A stretch of 64,000 nt of DNA from Candidatus Kuenenia stuttgartensis (GTDB lineage Bacteria > Planctomycetota > JAKEIC01 > DYIT01): positions 74,870 through 138,869 of the forward strand of contig DYIT01000001.1 in the NCBI GenBank assembly GCA_020723505.1. The letters run 5' to 3'. The notes beneath the pieces were generated by a model. That model saw only the letters and a program-made list of their open reading frames with translations, was not told the origin of the DNA and made no database searches. Shown piece by piece: positions 30,743 through 40,907 of the stretch. How positions within the stretch are numbered: position 1 is the first letter of the stretch; the number at the start of each line of letters is the position of its first letter. A program made the translations under genes and the position numbers.

Positions 30743-32920
30743 TCAGGTCCGCGATGCGAGGATTCGAGTATAGAACTCGAGGGTCCGCTCGGCGGATCCT
30801 TCCGGGGAGAATTCCGAACCGACTCTCGCCATGCCCGCGCGCCCCATGGAAATCCTTTTTTCGGAGTCCGCCGCCAGATCGAGCATGGCTGAAGCCAGGC
30901 CCATCGCGTCTCCGGGCTGCACGAGAATGCCGTCAACGCCGTGCCTTACGATTTCGGGGATGCCCCCCGCGGTCGTCCCAACGACCGCTTTGCCCCATGC
31001 CATGGCTTCGAGGTAGATGAGCCCGAAGGACTCGTATCTGGACGGGGCCACGAACATGTCGCAGCCTGCGTAATACGCCTGCAGGAGACCTGCGGGAACT
31101 CTGCCCTTGATTACGACCCTGTCTCCCCCGGCCTCCTTCAGGGACTCCGCGACGCGGCGGCTTTGGTCCGAAAAATCATTCGAACCGATTATGACGAATA
31201 TGGCGCCGGGATGATTCCCCAGCACGACCGGTACAGCCTTGGCCAGAGTATCCGCCCCCTTGCGCGGCTCGAGCCTCCCGACGAAGAGGATGAGGGGATT
31301 CCCCCTCTCGATGACGGGTTCCGGAGGCATCGAGGGCCTGCGATGCCCCAGCGGAATCACCTCGCAGCCCACTCCGAACGAGAGCCCGTATTTCTCCGAC
31401 ATCGTCTTGCGGATATCCCGGCTTATGAAGATATGCCCGGCGGAAAGCCTGGAGAGCGCGTATTCGCTCGCGAAGGCCGCCGAAGTGTCGGGGTTGCGCT
31501 CCCATCCCTCGATCTCCGCGACCACCTTCATGGGCGTCTCGTATCTCGTGACAACGGGAAACCTGGAGAACCTCGCCGTGACCAGCCCCTCCCAGTCCCA
31601 TATCGGCGTCTCCACCACATCGGGCGGGGAAGAGCTCATGTCCAATCTAATCTTCTTGAAGACCGCCAGGGAATACAGATAGTTCCGGTGCGTGATTGGC
31701 AGACGCCGGTCTTCTTCGAGCTCCGGAACGGCCTGGGACGAGACGAAATGGACGTGCACTCCGTCCGAATTGATGCATTCCGGCCCGGTACCTTCGGTGA
31801 AGACATGGACTTCGTTCCCCAGCGCCCGCAATCCCGCCGATATCGTCCTGGTATAAATCCCGATGCCCCCGGGGTGCTCGGACGAGTATTCCCGGCTCAG
31901 CATGGCTATCCTCAGCGGCTTCGACGCCGTTTCCGGGCGTCGTCCGGGCCCCTTGGGGAATCTGAGGAATGCCGGAGGAGGCTCCATCGGATTGCCCCAC
32001 AGCTTTCTTTGCCTGAACAGCCCGTCCATGTATCCCCGAAGAATACCCCTCCGCCACATCCTCCGGTAGGACTTGAGGATATCACTGTCAATCTTCCCGG
32101 ATTTGAACTGGTTCTTGAATTCCCTGCGCCAGATCCACGCCGCCTTGAAGCTGCCAATCAGGCGGGACGGAAAGCTCCGGATGCCGGCGGAGTTCTTAAG
32201 GGCGAAGTAGACCGTATTCTTCACGACCGGGAAGAAATTCATGCCCGATGCGGATTTGCGCAGATGGCTGTCGGCGAACTCGTGATGGACCACCGCAGCG
32301 TTGTTGTGATGGATCTCGAATCCAAGCCTTGCCGCCCGGAAACAGACGTCGCTTTCATCATGGTAGTATTCGATGTATTCGTCGAACCCGCCGCATGAGA
32401 CCAGGAGGCCGCGGCGGAAGGAGGCGTTCGTCCCCATCATTATCCTGCATCGTCCGTCGCGCACCGGTTCGAAGGCCGGGCATGTCTCCTGGATGATTTG
32501 CGGCGTGCCCCAGACATCTATTGCACCGCTCTTGAACTGGATTTTGGCCCCTCCCGGACCGTATACGAGGCCGCCGACCGCCCCCGCAGACGGATTCCTG
32601 TACGATTCGCCGAGCCTCTCGAGCCATTCCGGTTCCGGGATGGCGTCGTCGTCTATGAACGCCACGACATCGCCCGCCGCCGCCCGGATTCCAAGGTTCC
32701 GCGATATGGAAATGTTCACGAACGGATTCCTGGCAACCTTAATCCGGTCCGAATAGGCATCGAGCAGGGAATCGGTCGAGTCCGTGCACGGACCCGGCAC
32801 GACTACGACCTCGAAATCCCTGAAGGTCTGTTTCTGCAGGGATTCAAGGCATTTTGAAAGCAGCTCCGCCCTGTTGTATGTGACAATCACGACGGAAAAC
32901 GACAACCCGCTGTCAGTCAT
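30743..32920 (-). CDS. Bifunctional GT2-GT4 glycosyltransferase
   Basis: SVVIVTYNR, AFIDDDA, GGFDE; C-terminal FVGRLEPRKG, APSRYESFGLIYLEAMAWG. Confidence 0.92.
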   Translation of the reverse strand: MTDSGLSFSVVIVTYNRAELLSKCLESLQKQTFRDFEVVVVPGPCTDSTDSLLDAYSDRIKVARNPFVNISISRNLGIRAAAGDVVAFIDDDAIPEPEWLERLGESYRNPSAGAVGGLVYGPGGAKIQFKSGAIDVWGTPQIIQETCPAFEPVRDGRCRIMMGTNASFRRGLLVSCGGFDEYIEYYHDESDVCFRAARLGFEIHHNNAAVVHHEFADSHLRKSASGMNFFPVVKNTVYFALKNSAGIRSFPSRLIGSFKAAWIWRREFKNQFKSGKIDSDILKSYRRMWRRGILRGYMDGLFRQRKLWGNPMEPPPAFLRFPKGPGRRPETASKPLRIAMLSREYSSEHPGGIGIYTRTISAGLRALGNEVHVFTEGTGPECINSDGVHVHFVSSQAVPELEEDRRLPITHRNYLYSLAVFKKIRLDMSSSPPDVVETPIWDWEGLVTARFSRFPVVTRYETPMKVVAEIEGWERNPDTSAAFASEYALSRLSAGHIFISRDIRKTMSEKYGLSFGVGCEVIPLGHRRPSMPPEPVIERGNPLILFVGRLEPRKGADTLAKAVPVVLGNHPGAIFVIIGSNDFSDQSRRVAESLKEAGGDRVVIKGRVPAGLLQAYYAGCDMFVAPSRYESFGLIYLEAMAWGKAVVGTTAGGIPEIVRHGVDGILVQPGDAMGLASAMLDLAADSEKRISMGRAGMARVGSEFSPEGSAERTLEFYTRILASRT

Positions 32921-33983
32921 ACCCAAGCTCCGCCAGGAGATCCCTTATGCGAAGAAGGTTTCGGGGATATCCGAATTGTTCCACCCATTCCCTCTGCCGG
33001 CTCCTTATCCTTGACGCGAGGTCCGCATCCTCAATCAGCACCCTGCACAGCGCCGCCGCCTTTACCGCATCCCTAGTCAGAAGCTTCACCCCCGCCGGCC
33101 CCATTGTCGTCTCAACCGCTCCAGCCTTGTATGCTACCGTGAGGATGTCCGAGAGCATGCTCTCCACGAGCGGAAGGCAGAATCCTTCGTGCTCGCTCAT
33201 GCAGAGGTAGATGTCCGCCGAGCGGTAGTAGGCCATCAGATCACCGCCGCTGACTTTCCCGGCGAATGTCACGGCCCGTCCGGAACTCCTCGAGGCGATT
33301 CTCGAAAGAAGGCTTCCGAAGTACTCCGGGTAGTCGTGGTGATTGCCGACTATGAAAAGCCTGGAATTGCCGTTGAACAGACGATTATAGGCATCGAACG
33401 CATCAAGCAGCAGATGAATGGCTTTGTTGGGCACCACCCGCCCGACGAACAGGAAATTGTCCGTCTTCCCTCTCCGGTTACCCGCCATCAGGGCCTCGTT
33501 GCAGGGCTGGCGGAGCCATTCCGCGAAGTCGAGAAACAACGGCATGACTTCCACATTCGCGCACCCCATCCCGCGGAGAGGAAGGGCGTTGAACTCCGAA
33601 TCGCACCAGAACGCCTCATATCCCCTCGCAATCCTCTTCAACTGCCTGAGGCCCTCGATGCAGAAAAGCTCATGGGTCTTCATCCCCGAGAAATAGAGCG
33701 GCGGCGTCACGTTGTGGAATTTCATGACCTTCTTGCAGGGCTTCCTCGACAGGCCGTCCGCCCATTCCGAATTCCCGGCGAAATGAAGGACGGCAAGCAT
33801 GCCCCCGCCCATCGCGGGCATGCTCGTAGTCGCTTGCGACGGAAGCATGTCGAAATTCGTATACCTGTAAGCGATGCTCGTCTCGTGTCCGAGGTCCCGG
33901 AAGGCCCTGTCCATCATGAGCAAATCCCCGGTGACGGCATCCCCCTGGACAAGGGCGTTTGTGAATTGGACGATATGAGTCAA
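32913..33983 (-). CDS. GT4 glycosyltransferase
   Basis: GDAV, FHNVTP, FVGRVVPNK, MSEHEGFCLPLVES. Confidence 0.9.
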   Translation of the reverse strand: MTHIVQFTNALVQGDAVTGDLLMMDRAFRDLGHETSIAYRYTNFDMLPSQATTSMPAMGGGMLAVLHFAGNSEWADGLSRKPCKKVMKFHNVTPPLYFSGMKTHELFCIEGLRQLKRIARGYEAFWCDSEFNALPLRGMGCANVEVMPLFLDFAEWLRQPCNEALMAGNRRGKTDNFLFVGRVVPNKAIHLLLDAFDAYNRLFNGNSRLFIVGNHHDYPEYFGSLLSRIASRSSGRAVTFAGKVSGGDLMAYYRSADIYLCMSEHEGFCLPLVESMLSDILTVAYKAGAVETTMGPAGVKLLTRDAVKAAALCRVLIEDADLASRIRSRQREWVEQFGYPRNLLRIRDLLAELGYD

Positions 33984-35275
33984 GGTTTCGAAGCCCTAAT
34001 CTTGAACTCCATGCACTCGCCGTTCTTAACGCTCCTGTAGACCGTTTCAATCCCCTCGAATCCGGCTCCGGACAGAAGACCCGCCATGCTTTCGGGCGTG
34101 TGCAGCGACCGGTGAAGATTCACTTCATAGTCCTGACCGCCGAAAGCGACCTTGTCGAGCGTTTCCAACGTGATTTTCCCGGACGTGTAAGCACCAATCA
34201 TGGCTTCGAAATCGGGACACACGAGCTCAATCCCCCCCCCGGATTCAAGCAGCCTGAACCAGTACGGAAGGATTTCCCGCGCGAGCTCATTCCTCGAGAA
34301 GTGCTCCGCCGTATGGGATGAACGTATGCTCCGGACCGTGCCCTTATCGAACGGGAGGAAACGCGCGTCGGTTATGATATCCACCCCTTCCAGCCGCCTT
34401 ATGTCCACCGTCAGCTCATCCGCTACGTCCTCGGGCGACGGGCCTGAACCGATGTTCAGCCTGAATCCCGAGGTTTGCCCCGCGAGAACCCTCCTCGCCT
34501 TTTCGGTGGCCAGCGCCGGCTTTGGAGAGGCGGCTCCGTCCAACCGCGTCATCCTCGCCTGGATGCCGGCGAGATCCTTGATTTCCGAGAAAAGCTCGTT
34601 TCGCGTATTGTGAAGGAAAACCCACTGCGCCCGCATCTGCTCTTCGACGAAAGCCCTCGCATCCCCGGCTTCCTTCCTCGATAAGGCTGCCGTTTCCCCA
34701 ATCGAACTGATTGCCCCGCCCAGCCGTTTCTCCGCTCCAGCCGACTCCGAAACCATCCTGTCCAGCCCGGTCTTCACTTCGGCCGTCTCCCTGGCAATTT
34801 CATCCAGCGCCCCCCTCATAAGCCGGGCCTCCTCCGCCCACTCCATTCCCGCCGGCCGCGATGTAAGCTCTGCGCCCATCTGATGGACGATGCTGGCGAC
34901 GTCCCGGAGGTGCAGAATCGTGAGCTCGCAGAGGTTCTTCGAATGCAGGTTGAAATGCACCTGGCGGTGGATGAAAAAACGCATCAGCTTGTTGAGTACT
35001 CGTTTCAGGAACCTGAATTTGACTCCAAGAGGTACGTACATGACGTCCCAGCAGCCGTTCACAACCGCGGCCATCTCGTCGATCCGCCTGTCCGACAGGG
35101 CGAGCGGCGCGTGCCGGGCCGCCACGAAATCCGCCGGAGCGCAATCCTTGGCCTTCCCCGCGTCCTCGAGATGTCTCCTTATCCTCGTCAGGATTCCGGC
35201 CACTTCGGAGCCGCATCCATCCGTCTCGAAGAAGGAATCCGTCTTCCCGAAACCGCTTGCGTCCGGATCATCCAT
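33980..35275 (-). CDS. Coiled coil plus class I methyltransferase-like protein
   Basis: N-terminal amphipathic helix with RQVHFN, long heptad segment, RLNIGSG, DARFLPF, SSHTAEHF, CPDF. Confidence 0.75.
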   Translation of the reverse strand: MDDPDASGFGKTDSFFETDGCGSEVAGILTRIRRHLEDAGKAKDCAPADFVAARHAPLALSDRRIDEMAAVVNGCWDVMYVPLGVKFRFLKRVLNKLMRFFIHRQVHFNLHSKNLCELTILHLRDVASIVHQMGAELTSRPAGMEWAEEARLMRGALDEIARETAEVKTGLDRMVSESAGAEKRLGGAISSIGETAALSRKEAGDARAFVEEQMRAQWVFLHNTRNELFSEIKDLAGIQARMTRLDGAASPKPALATEKARRVLAGQTSGFRLNIGSGPSPEDVADELTVDIRRLEGVDIITDARFLPFDKGTVRSIRSSHTAEHFSRNELAREILPYWFRLLESGGGIELVCPDFEAMIGAYTSGKITLETLDKVAFGGQDYEVNLHRSLHTPESMAGLLSGAGFEGIETVYRSVKNGECMEFKIRASKP

Positions 35276-35442
35276 TCATCCCATCCTCGATTCTTCCGAC
35301 ATGCCTTGCGTCTTTCCGCTCAAAGGACACGATCAGCATATTACATCCATCACCCTGTTTTTTCCAGCGGCGGGCCCGATGCCGTTGAAATCGCCCCCTC
35401 ACGCCGTTATATTTCTGCTCATGAGGGCCGACGCAGTCGGGC

Positions 35443-36285
35443 ATGAAGCTCTGGCTTGCCGGGGTCCGGTTTTTTCTGGGCTCGCGCATGCTGGCTATAC
35501 AGGTCGTCCCCGACAAGGAAATGAGGAAACGCCCGGAACGGCCGCTTAACCGTCTCTGCGACATCAGCGACTGGCGGGCGGGGAGGCCTCTCTCCCTCGT
35601 CATGCAGGCTCTCGGCGAGGGAGTCTACATCCACAGGAAATCATGGGAATACGCCATGTGCCTCATAGGCCTTGAAACACTCGGCGTCGTCAGGCCTGAG
35701 GCGAGGGCCGTTGCCGTCGGCGCCGGCTCGGAGAGGCCCCTGTTCCATTATGCGAATAGAATCTCGGAGATGGTCGCGACCGATCTCTATGCGACCCCCG
35801 GCAGGGAGGGGGATCCCCGCATGCTGACGAATCCCGAGGTGTTCGCGCCGTTCGACTACAGGAAGGACAGGCTGAAGGTCCTGCGGATGGACGCGACCGG
35901 ACTCGATTTCCCCGATGCGTCCTTCGATTTCGGATTCTGCCTCTCGTCAATCGAGCACTTCGGATCGAGGGAGAAATCGGCACGTGCGATGCAGGAGATG
36001 CATCGCGTCCTGAAACCCGGAGGGGTCGTCTGCATCTCCACGGAACTCATCCTGAACGGCGCCAACCACGCGGAATACTTCTCCACCGAAGAACTGGACA
36101 GGACAATACTCCGGTCCGCGGCCTTCAAGCTCGCGGGAGGAGGGCCGGATCTGTCGATTTCACGATCACTGCTGCTGAATCCGATAGATCTCGACGATGA
36201 GACGGATTTGCACGTGAGTCCGCACATCGTCCTGAAACAGGGGAACGTCGTCTGGACATCGGTAATCCTTTTTCTGAGGAAGTGA
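35443..36285 (+). CDS. Class I SAM-dependent methyltransferase
   Basis: HRKSWEY, AVGAG, MDATGLDFPDASFD, SSIEHFG, RVLKPGG. Confidence 0.88.
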   Translation: MKLWLAGVRFFLGSRMLAIQVVPDKEMRKRPERPLNRLCDISDWRAGRPLSLVMQALGEGVYIHRKSWEYAMCLIGLETLGVVRPEARAVAVGAGSERPLFHYANRISEMVATDLYATPGREGDPRMLTNPEVFAPFDYRKDRLKVLRMDATGLDFPDASFDFGFCLSSIEHFGSREKSARAMQEMHRVLKPGGVVCISTELILNGANHAEYFSTEELDRTILRSAAFKLAGGGPDLSISRSLLLNPIDLDDETDLHVSPHIVLKQGNVVWTSVILFLRK

Positions 36286-36310
36286 TGCCGGGTTCAGCCG
36301 GCTTCGCGAC

Positions 36311-37525
36311 ATGAATATAATACAGCTGGTTCACGACATCTCCTCGGTCAACAGCGGGTCCTCGGTCTTCTACAGGAAAATCTCGGAATACGCCCCCGCT
36401 TTCGGACACCGCTGCTGGTCTTTCGATCTCAGCGGCCGGCTCGTCCCCCCTCCGGGCGAGCCCGCAAGGCCCGTCTTCGCGAACCCCTTCAGCAGATTCA
36501 GGGAAAAAGCCTTCCCGAGGCTTCCGCTCTCGAGTCCGTACTTCTCCGCCCTGATGAACCTAATCCCCTTGTGCCCGTCCGGGCAGATTGGACGCCGTTT
36601 CTACTTCCTGATAAGGAGGATCGAACCCGCCATAAGGGATATCGTCCGCCGGCTCCCGGATGCCGTGATCCACGTCTCGCCGAATCCCTTCGACGCGATG
36701 ATTGGGCTCGGCTTCAAAATCGCCAGGTCCATGGAGCTCCCCCTGGTCGTGACACCCCTTATCCACCCGCCTTTCCGTCCCCTCCTTCCTGGCAGAAAAG
36801 CGATGTGTCCGAACTGCCTCAGGGCTTTGAAAGCATCCAGTCTGGCTATCGCGCTCTCGGATTCGGAAAAACGGGTCCTGACGGGCGCCGGCGTTCCCGA
36901 GGGCAAGGTGCATGTCACTCAGATGGGTATCGACCTTCTCGCGGATTCCCGCGACGGCCGTCCTGCCGCGCCGGCGGGCGATGACGGCTGTTTCCGCGTC
37001 TGTCACATAGGAATGCTGTCGCGCGAGAAGGGCGCGCCCGATCTCATCAGGGCCCTCATCCCGCTCTGGGAAACCGGCCTCGGAATAAAGGTGGATTTCA
37101 TCGGGCCGAGAAAACCCGGGTTCGACCTCTTCAGGCTTCTTCTGAAACGGAAGCACCTGCGATTCTGCGAGTTCCACGGGAAGGTGGACGACCGCCTCAA
37201 ATGGGAGATCCTGGACCGATGCGACGCTCTGGTACTCCCCAGCATCGTCGACGCGTTCGGAATCGTCTTCCTGGAAGCCTGGTCGCTCGGAAAACCCGTT
37301 ATCGGTTACAGATGGGGCGGAGTGCCCGGAGTGATTGACCACGGCGTCGACGGTTTTCTCGTCAATCCCCGCGATATCCGCGATCTCACCCTTCGCATCG
37401 ACCAGCTCCGGGCCGATCCCGGTCTCCGGAAACGGATGGGAGAAGCAGGAAAGGCAAAAGCCCTCCTCTCCGGATGGTCGGGCATCGCCGGAAATATCTT
37501 CAGGGCGATTGCATCCGCCGTCTGA
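36311..37525 (+). CDS. GT4 glycosyltransferase
   Basis: SREKG, VLPSIVDAFGIVFLEAWSLGKPVI, DHGVDGFLV. Confidence 0.88.
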   Translation: MNIIQLVHDISSVNSGSSVFYRKISEYAPAFGHRCWSFDLSGRLVPPPGEPARPVFANPFSRFREKAFPRLPLSSPYFSALMNLIPLCPSGQIGRRFYFLIRRIEPAIRDIVRRLPDAVIHVSPNPFDAMIGLGFKIARSMELPLVVTPLIHPPFRPLLPGRKAMCPNCLRALKASSLAIALSDSEKRVLTGAGVPEGKVHVTQMGIDLLADSRDGRPAAPAGDDGCFRVCHIGMLSREKGAPDLIRALIPLWETGLGIKVDFIGPRKPGFDLFRLLLKRKHLRFCEFHGKVDDRLKWEILDRCDALVLPSIVDAFGIVFLEAWSLGKPVIGYRWGGVPGVIDHGVDGFLVNPRDIRDLTLRIDQLRADPGLRKRMGEAGKAKALLSGWSGIAGNIFRAIASAV

Positions 37526-37562
37526 CTCCCGTTCATCCGTTCCCGCGATACGGACAGGCCTG

Positions 37563-38333
37563 TCAGAGCCTGTATATCATCTTCTCGTCGAGCGACCTGA
37601 ACACGGCCAGGCCTGCGGCCAGCGACAGGATTGCGCAGGAGAGGAAAATCCCGAAATGGGTGGGGGAAGGAATCGTGCCCTCGTAGATTGGCAGGCGGAA
37701 GGACTCGACCATGTAGACCATGGGGTTGAACCTGAGGATGGACCTCAAGCCTTCCGGTCCGAAGGCCTTGCCGTTGATTGACAAGGGGTAGACAATCGGC
37801 GTGAGGTAGAACAGCATGGACATGCCGACTTCCGTTATGTGCTGAGTATCCCGGAAAAGGACGTTGAATGCGCTCACGGTCATCCCGATGCCGAGCGTGA
37901 AAACGAACAGGACCGTGATTGAAACCGGCAGGAAAAGCAAGGCCGGAGTCGCCCTCCCGCCGAGGAGGAGGAAAAGCACCGACATGGGAACGAGGGCGAA
38001 CAGGAAATTCACCAGCCCGGAAGTCACGACGGCCGCGGGGAAAATCGTCTTTGGCACGTAGATCTTCCTAATCAGCCCTCCGCTGGACACGACAGAGTTC
38101 GTGGACTGCACCACGCCCTGGGAAAAGAAGTTCCAGGGCAGCAATACTGAGAGCACGAATACTGGATAGTTCACTATGCTCTCGAACTTGAACAGGTGGG
38201 AGAAGACCATCGTCAGGACTACCAGCATCAGGAGCGGGTTCAGGAGCGTCCATACGAACCCGAGCATGGAGTTCTTGTAGCGGACCTTGAGGTCCCTGGC
38301 TACCAGATGCTGCAGGAGGTACAACCTCTTCAT
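37563..38333 (-). CDS. wzm: Polysaccharide ABC exporter permease Wzm
   Basis: RDLKVRYKNSMLGFVWTLLNPL, KIYVP, FRDTQH, FYLTPIVYP, FNPM. Confidence 0.93.
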   Translation of the reverse strand: MKRLYLLQHLVARDLKVRYKNSMLGFVWTLLNPLLMLVVLTMVFSHLFKFESIVNYPVFVLSVLLPWNFFSQGVVQSTNSVVSSGGLIRKIYVPKTIFPAAVVTSGLVNFLFALVPMSVLFLLLGGRATPALLFLPVSITVLFVFTLGIGMTVSAFNVLFRDTQHITEVGMSMLFYLTPIVYPLSINGKAFGPEGLRSILRFNPMVYMVESFRLPIYEGTIPSPTHFGIFLSCAILSLAAGLAVFRSLDEKMIYRL

Positions 38334-38497
38334 GGCTGATTCTTCAAATCATCGGCGAATGATATAATTCCTCGGAGTTTTTGTCACTCATGGATTCCCG
38401 CAGGCATGCGCTGACGGATTGCCGTCGCGCATGCGAAGAGGTATCAGCCATGCCTGGGATGGAAGAGGGGGCGAAACCGCCTGCCGCCCGTTGACCG

Positions 38498-39424
38498 ATG
38501 GGGAACTCTCCGGACATTTCAGTGGTGCTTCTGACATTCGACGGCGTGAATCAGGGTCTCGCGAAGACGATTGAGGCGCTTTTCGAGCAGAAAGCGTCCG
38601 GCCCTTTCGAAGTCATAGCAATCGACTCGGGGTCGATCGACGGAACTCTGGAAATGCTGCGCGCCCGGAGCGAGATTCGTCTCCACTGCATCAATCACGG
38701 GGATTTCGGGCACGGACGGACAAGGCAGATGGGTTTCGATCTCTCCAGGGGTCGGGCCGTCGTCTTTCTTTGTCAGGATGCGCTGCCGCTTTCGAACCGA
38801 TGGCTTGACGCCCTGATTGGCAAGCTCTACTCGAAAAGCGACCTCATGGCGGTCTGTTCCCGGGTAGTCCCCAAAGACGGGGCGTCTCCCCTGATGCGAA
38901 CAACCGTAATGTCTGAATGGTCGTCTTCGGAGGTGGACGCGGAAGTCCGAATCCCGTCTCCCCGCGTCCTCGCCCTTGGAAGTCCGGGAGAGGTGAGGCG
39001 CCTCCTCCGCCTGCATAACATAAGCGCCGCCTACAGGCGGGAAGCCCTTGAAGCCTTCCGTTTCGAGGACGTCGAAATGGGCGAGGATGTGCTAATCGCC
39101 CGCGAAATACTCTCCGCGGGTTTCGCGATTGGCTTCTCTGCGGGTTCGGTCGTCGCCCACTCCCACGAATACACTCTTTCCGCGGCATTCCGAAGGAATG
39201 TGATGGATGGGAGGTTCAACAGGAACCATCTGAATCTCGACACGGTAATCACTGCCCCTGAAGTACTCGTGAGAGCCGCCATCCTCGTTCTGAAGGATGC
39301 GGCTTCTCTGTTTCGTGACCGGCGGATTTCGCTTCCAAGAAAGACCGCCGGACTCTGCCGAAGCCCCGCCCTTCGCCTGTCCGAAATGATCGGGCAATAC
39401 ATTGGGAACTCACCAGGCATATGA
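38498..39424 (+). CDS. GT2 glycosyltransferase (rhamnosyltransferase-like)
   Basis: IDSGSIDGT, FGHGRTR, FLCQDALP, GED, VAHSHEY. Confidence 0.85.
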   Translation: MGNSPDISVVLLTFDGVNQGLAKTIEALFEQKASGPFEVIAIDSGSIDGTLEMLRARSEIRLHCINHGDFGHGRTRQMGFDLSRGRAVVFLCQDALPLSNRWLDALIGKLYSKSDLMAVCSRVVPKDGASPLMRTTVMSEWSSSEVDAEVRIPSPRVLALGSPGEVRRLLRLHNISAAYRREALEAFRFEDVEMGEDVLIAREILSAGFAIGFSAGSVVAHSHEYTLSAAFRRNVMDGRFNRNHLNLDTVITAPEVLVRAAILVLKDAASLFRDRRISLPRKTAGLCRSPALRLSEMIGQYIGNSPGI

Positions 39425-40770
39425 AGATTCTGTACCTCATCCACCAGTATTGGCCCGAGTACCAGTCCGGTTCGGAGAATTACACCCATTACCTCGCGGA
39501 AGCCCTCTCGGCAATCGGATTCGAAGTCACCGTGGTGGCGGCAGACCCGGCGTCACAGAATGATTACTCCATCGCGAGTTCGCTGGAAGGGCGGGTTCGA
39601 GTGCTGAAGGTGCGCAAGAACTCTTTCATGGACAGGAACCCGCTCACGAACTTCACGGACCCGGCATTCACAAGGGCCTTCCTGGGAATAATGGAAGAAG
39701 TGCGCCCCGACGTCCTTCACGTCCAGCACCTGATGTTCGCATCTGCGGACATCCCTGCTCATGTCAAGCGCATGTTTCGAATACCTGTTATATTCACATT
39801 GCATGACTTCTGGCTGGAGTGCTGCCGCACAATCCGGCTTGATTCCGAGGGAAAGGTCTGCGCAGGCGCTGATCGCCGACGCTGCATGAAATGTGTCCGT
39901 GATGACATGTCCTCGGAAAACCCGACGGCTGCAGCCATGTTATCCAGACTTGTCATGCTGAAATCCAGGCTGTCAACCGCCGAATTAGCCGGAGTCGTCC
40001 TCAGGAAACTCTCCCGATCGATACGGCGGGCCTGCTCATCGTCGCCCGACTGGGAATGCAGGGACCGCGGGATGAGGGCTCTCGCAAACGAGGTGGACCT
40101 GTTCATCTCGCCGTCCCGTTTCCTGCTGAAATCCTTCATCCGCTGGGGCATTCAGGAAAACCGGATTGTATTCTCGGCGAACGGACTCCCAATCCATCCT
40201 GGCGTTGCCGCAAGCGGGCCGCGGGAGGACAACGGCATCCTCAGGATTGCCTTCACGTCCGTCGTCAAGCCTGAGAAGGGCCTGCTCGTAGCGATTGAAG
40301 CATTCGATATCCTGCATAGGAAAGGCGTTTCCGGAGCCAGACTGGTGATATACGGGGATGTCCCGCACGGATCCGGATTCGGCAGGATTGTCAGGGCAAA
40401 GGCATCCGGGCTGCCGAACGTCGAATTCGGCGGGGCATTCGACAACAGGGACATCGCCTTGGCGCTGTCGGGAATCCATTTCATGCTTCTCCCGTCCCTG
40501 TGGTTCGAGAATGCGCCGCTTGTAATCGAGGAGGCTTTCCAGCAAAAAGTCCCATGCATCGTGTCGAACCTGGGGGGGATGGCCGAAAGAGTGGAAGACA
40601 TGGTCAGCGGAATCCACTTCGAGGCGGGGAACGCCGCGAGCCTGGCTGGACGGATTGAAAATCTGCTGGATAATCCCACCCTCCGGAGAAGGCTCGTTGA
40701 TGGGATTCCAAGGGTGAAGGCAATCGATGAGAACGCCAGAGAACTCAGGGAGATATACATGTCCTTCTGA
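39421..40770 (+). CDS. GT4 glycosyltransferase
   Basis: PDVLHVQHL, TLHDFWLEC, SPSRFL, LPSLWFENAPLVIEEA. Confidence 0.92.
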   Translation: MKILYLIHQYWPEYQSGSENYTHYLAEALSAIGFEVTVVAADPASQNDYSIASSLEGRVRVLKVRKNSFMDRNPLTNFTDPAFTRAFLGIMEEVRPDVLHVQHLMFASADIPAHVKRMFRIPVIFTLHDFWLECCRTIRLDSEGKVCAGADRRRCMKCVRDDMSSENPTAAAMLSRLVMLKSRLSTAELAGVVLRKLSRSIRRACSSSPDWECRDRGMRALANEVDLFISPSRFLLKSFIRWGIQENRIVFSANGLPIHPGVAASGPREDNGILRIAFTSVVKPEKGLLVAIEAFDILHRKGVSGARLVIYGDVPHGSGFGRIVRAKASGLPNVEFGGAFDNRDIALALSGIHFMLLPSLWFENAPLVIEEAFQQKVPCIVSNLGGMAERVEDMVSGIHFEAGNAASLAGRIENLLDNPTLRRRLVDGIPRVKAIDENARELREIYMSF

Positions 40771-40907
40771 ATCGGCGAATCGACGCGCATACGCGGCCTG
40801 GACCGCGGTCGAGCCGCCTTGATAAGGCTCCTCCTGGATGATAGGATCACCGAACCCTCTGTGGAATCCGAAAGCCATTAGCAGCTCAAAAAGGATGCGG
40901 AAGACCG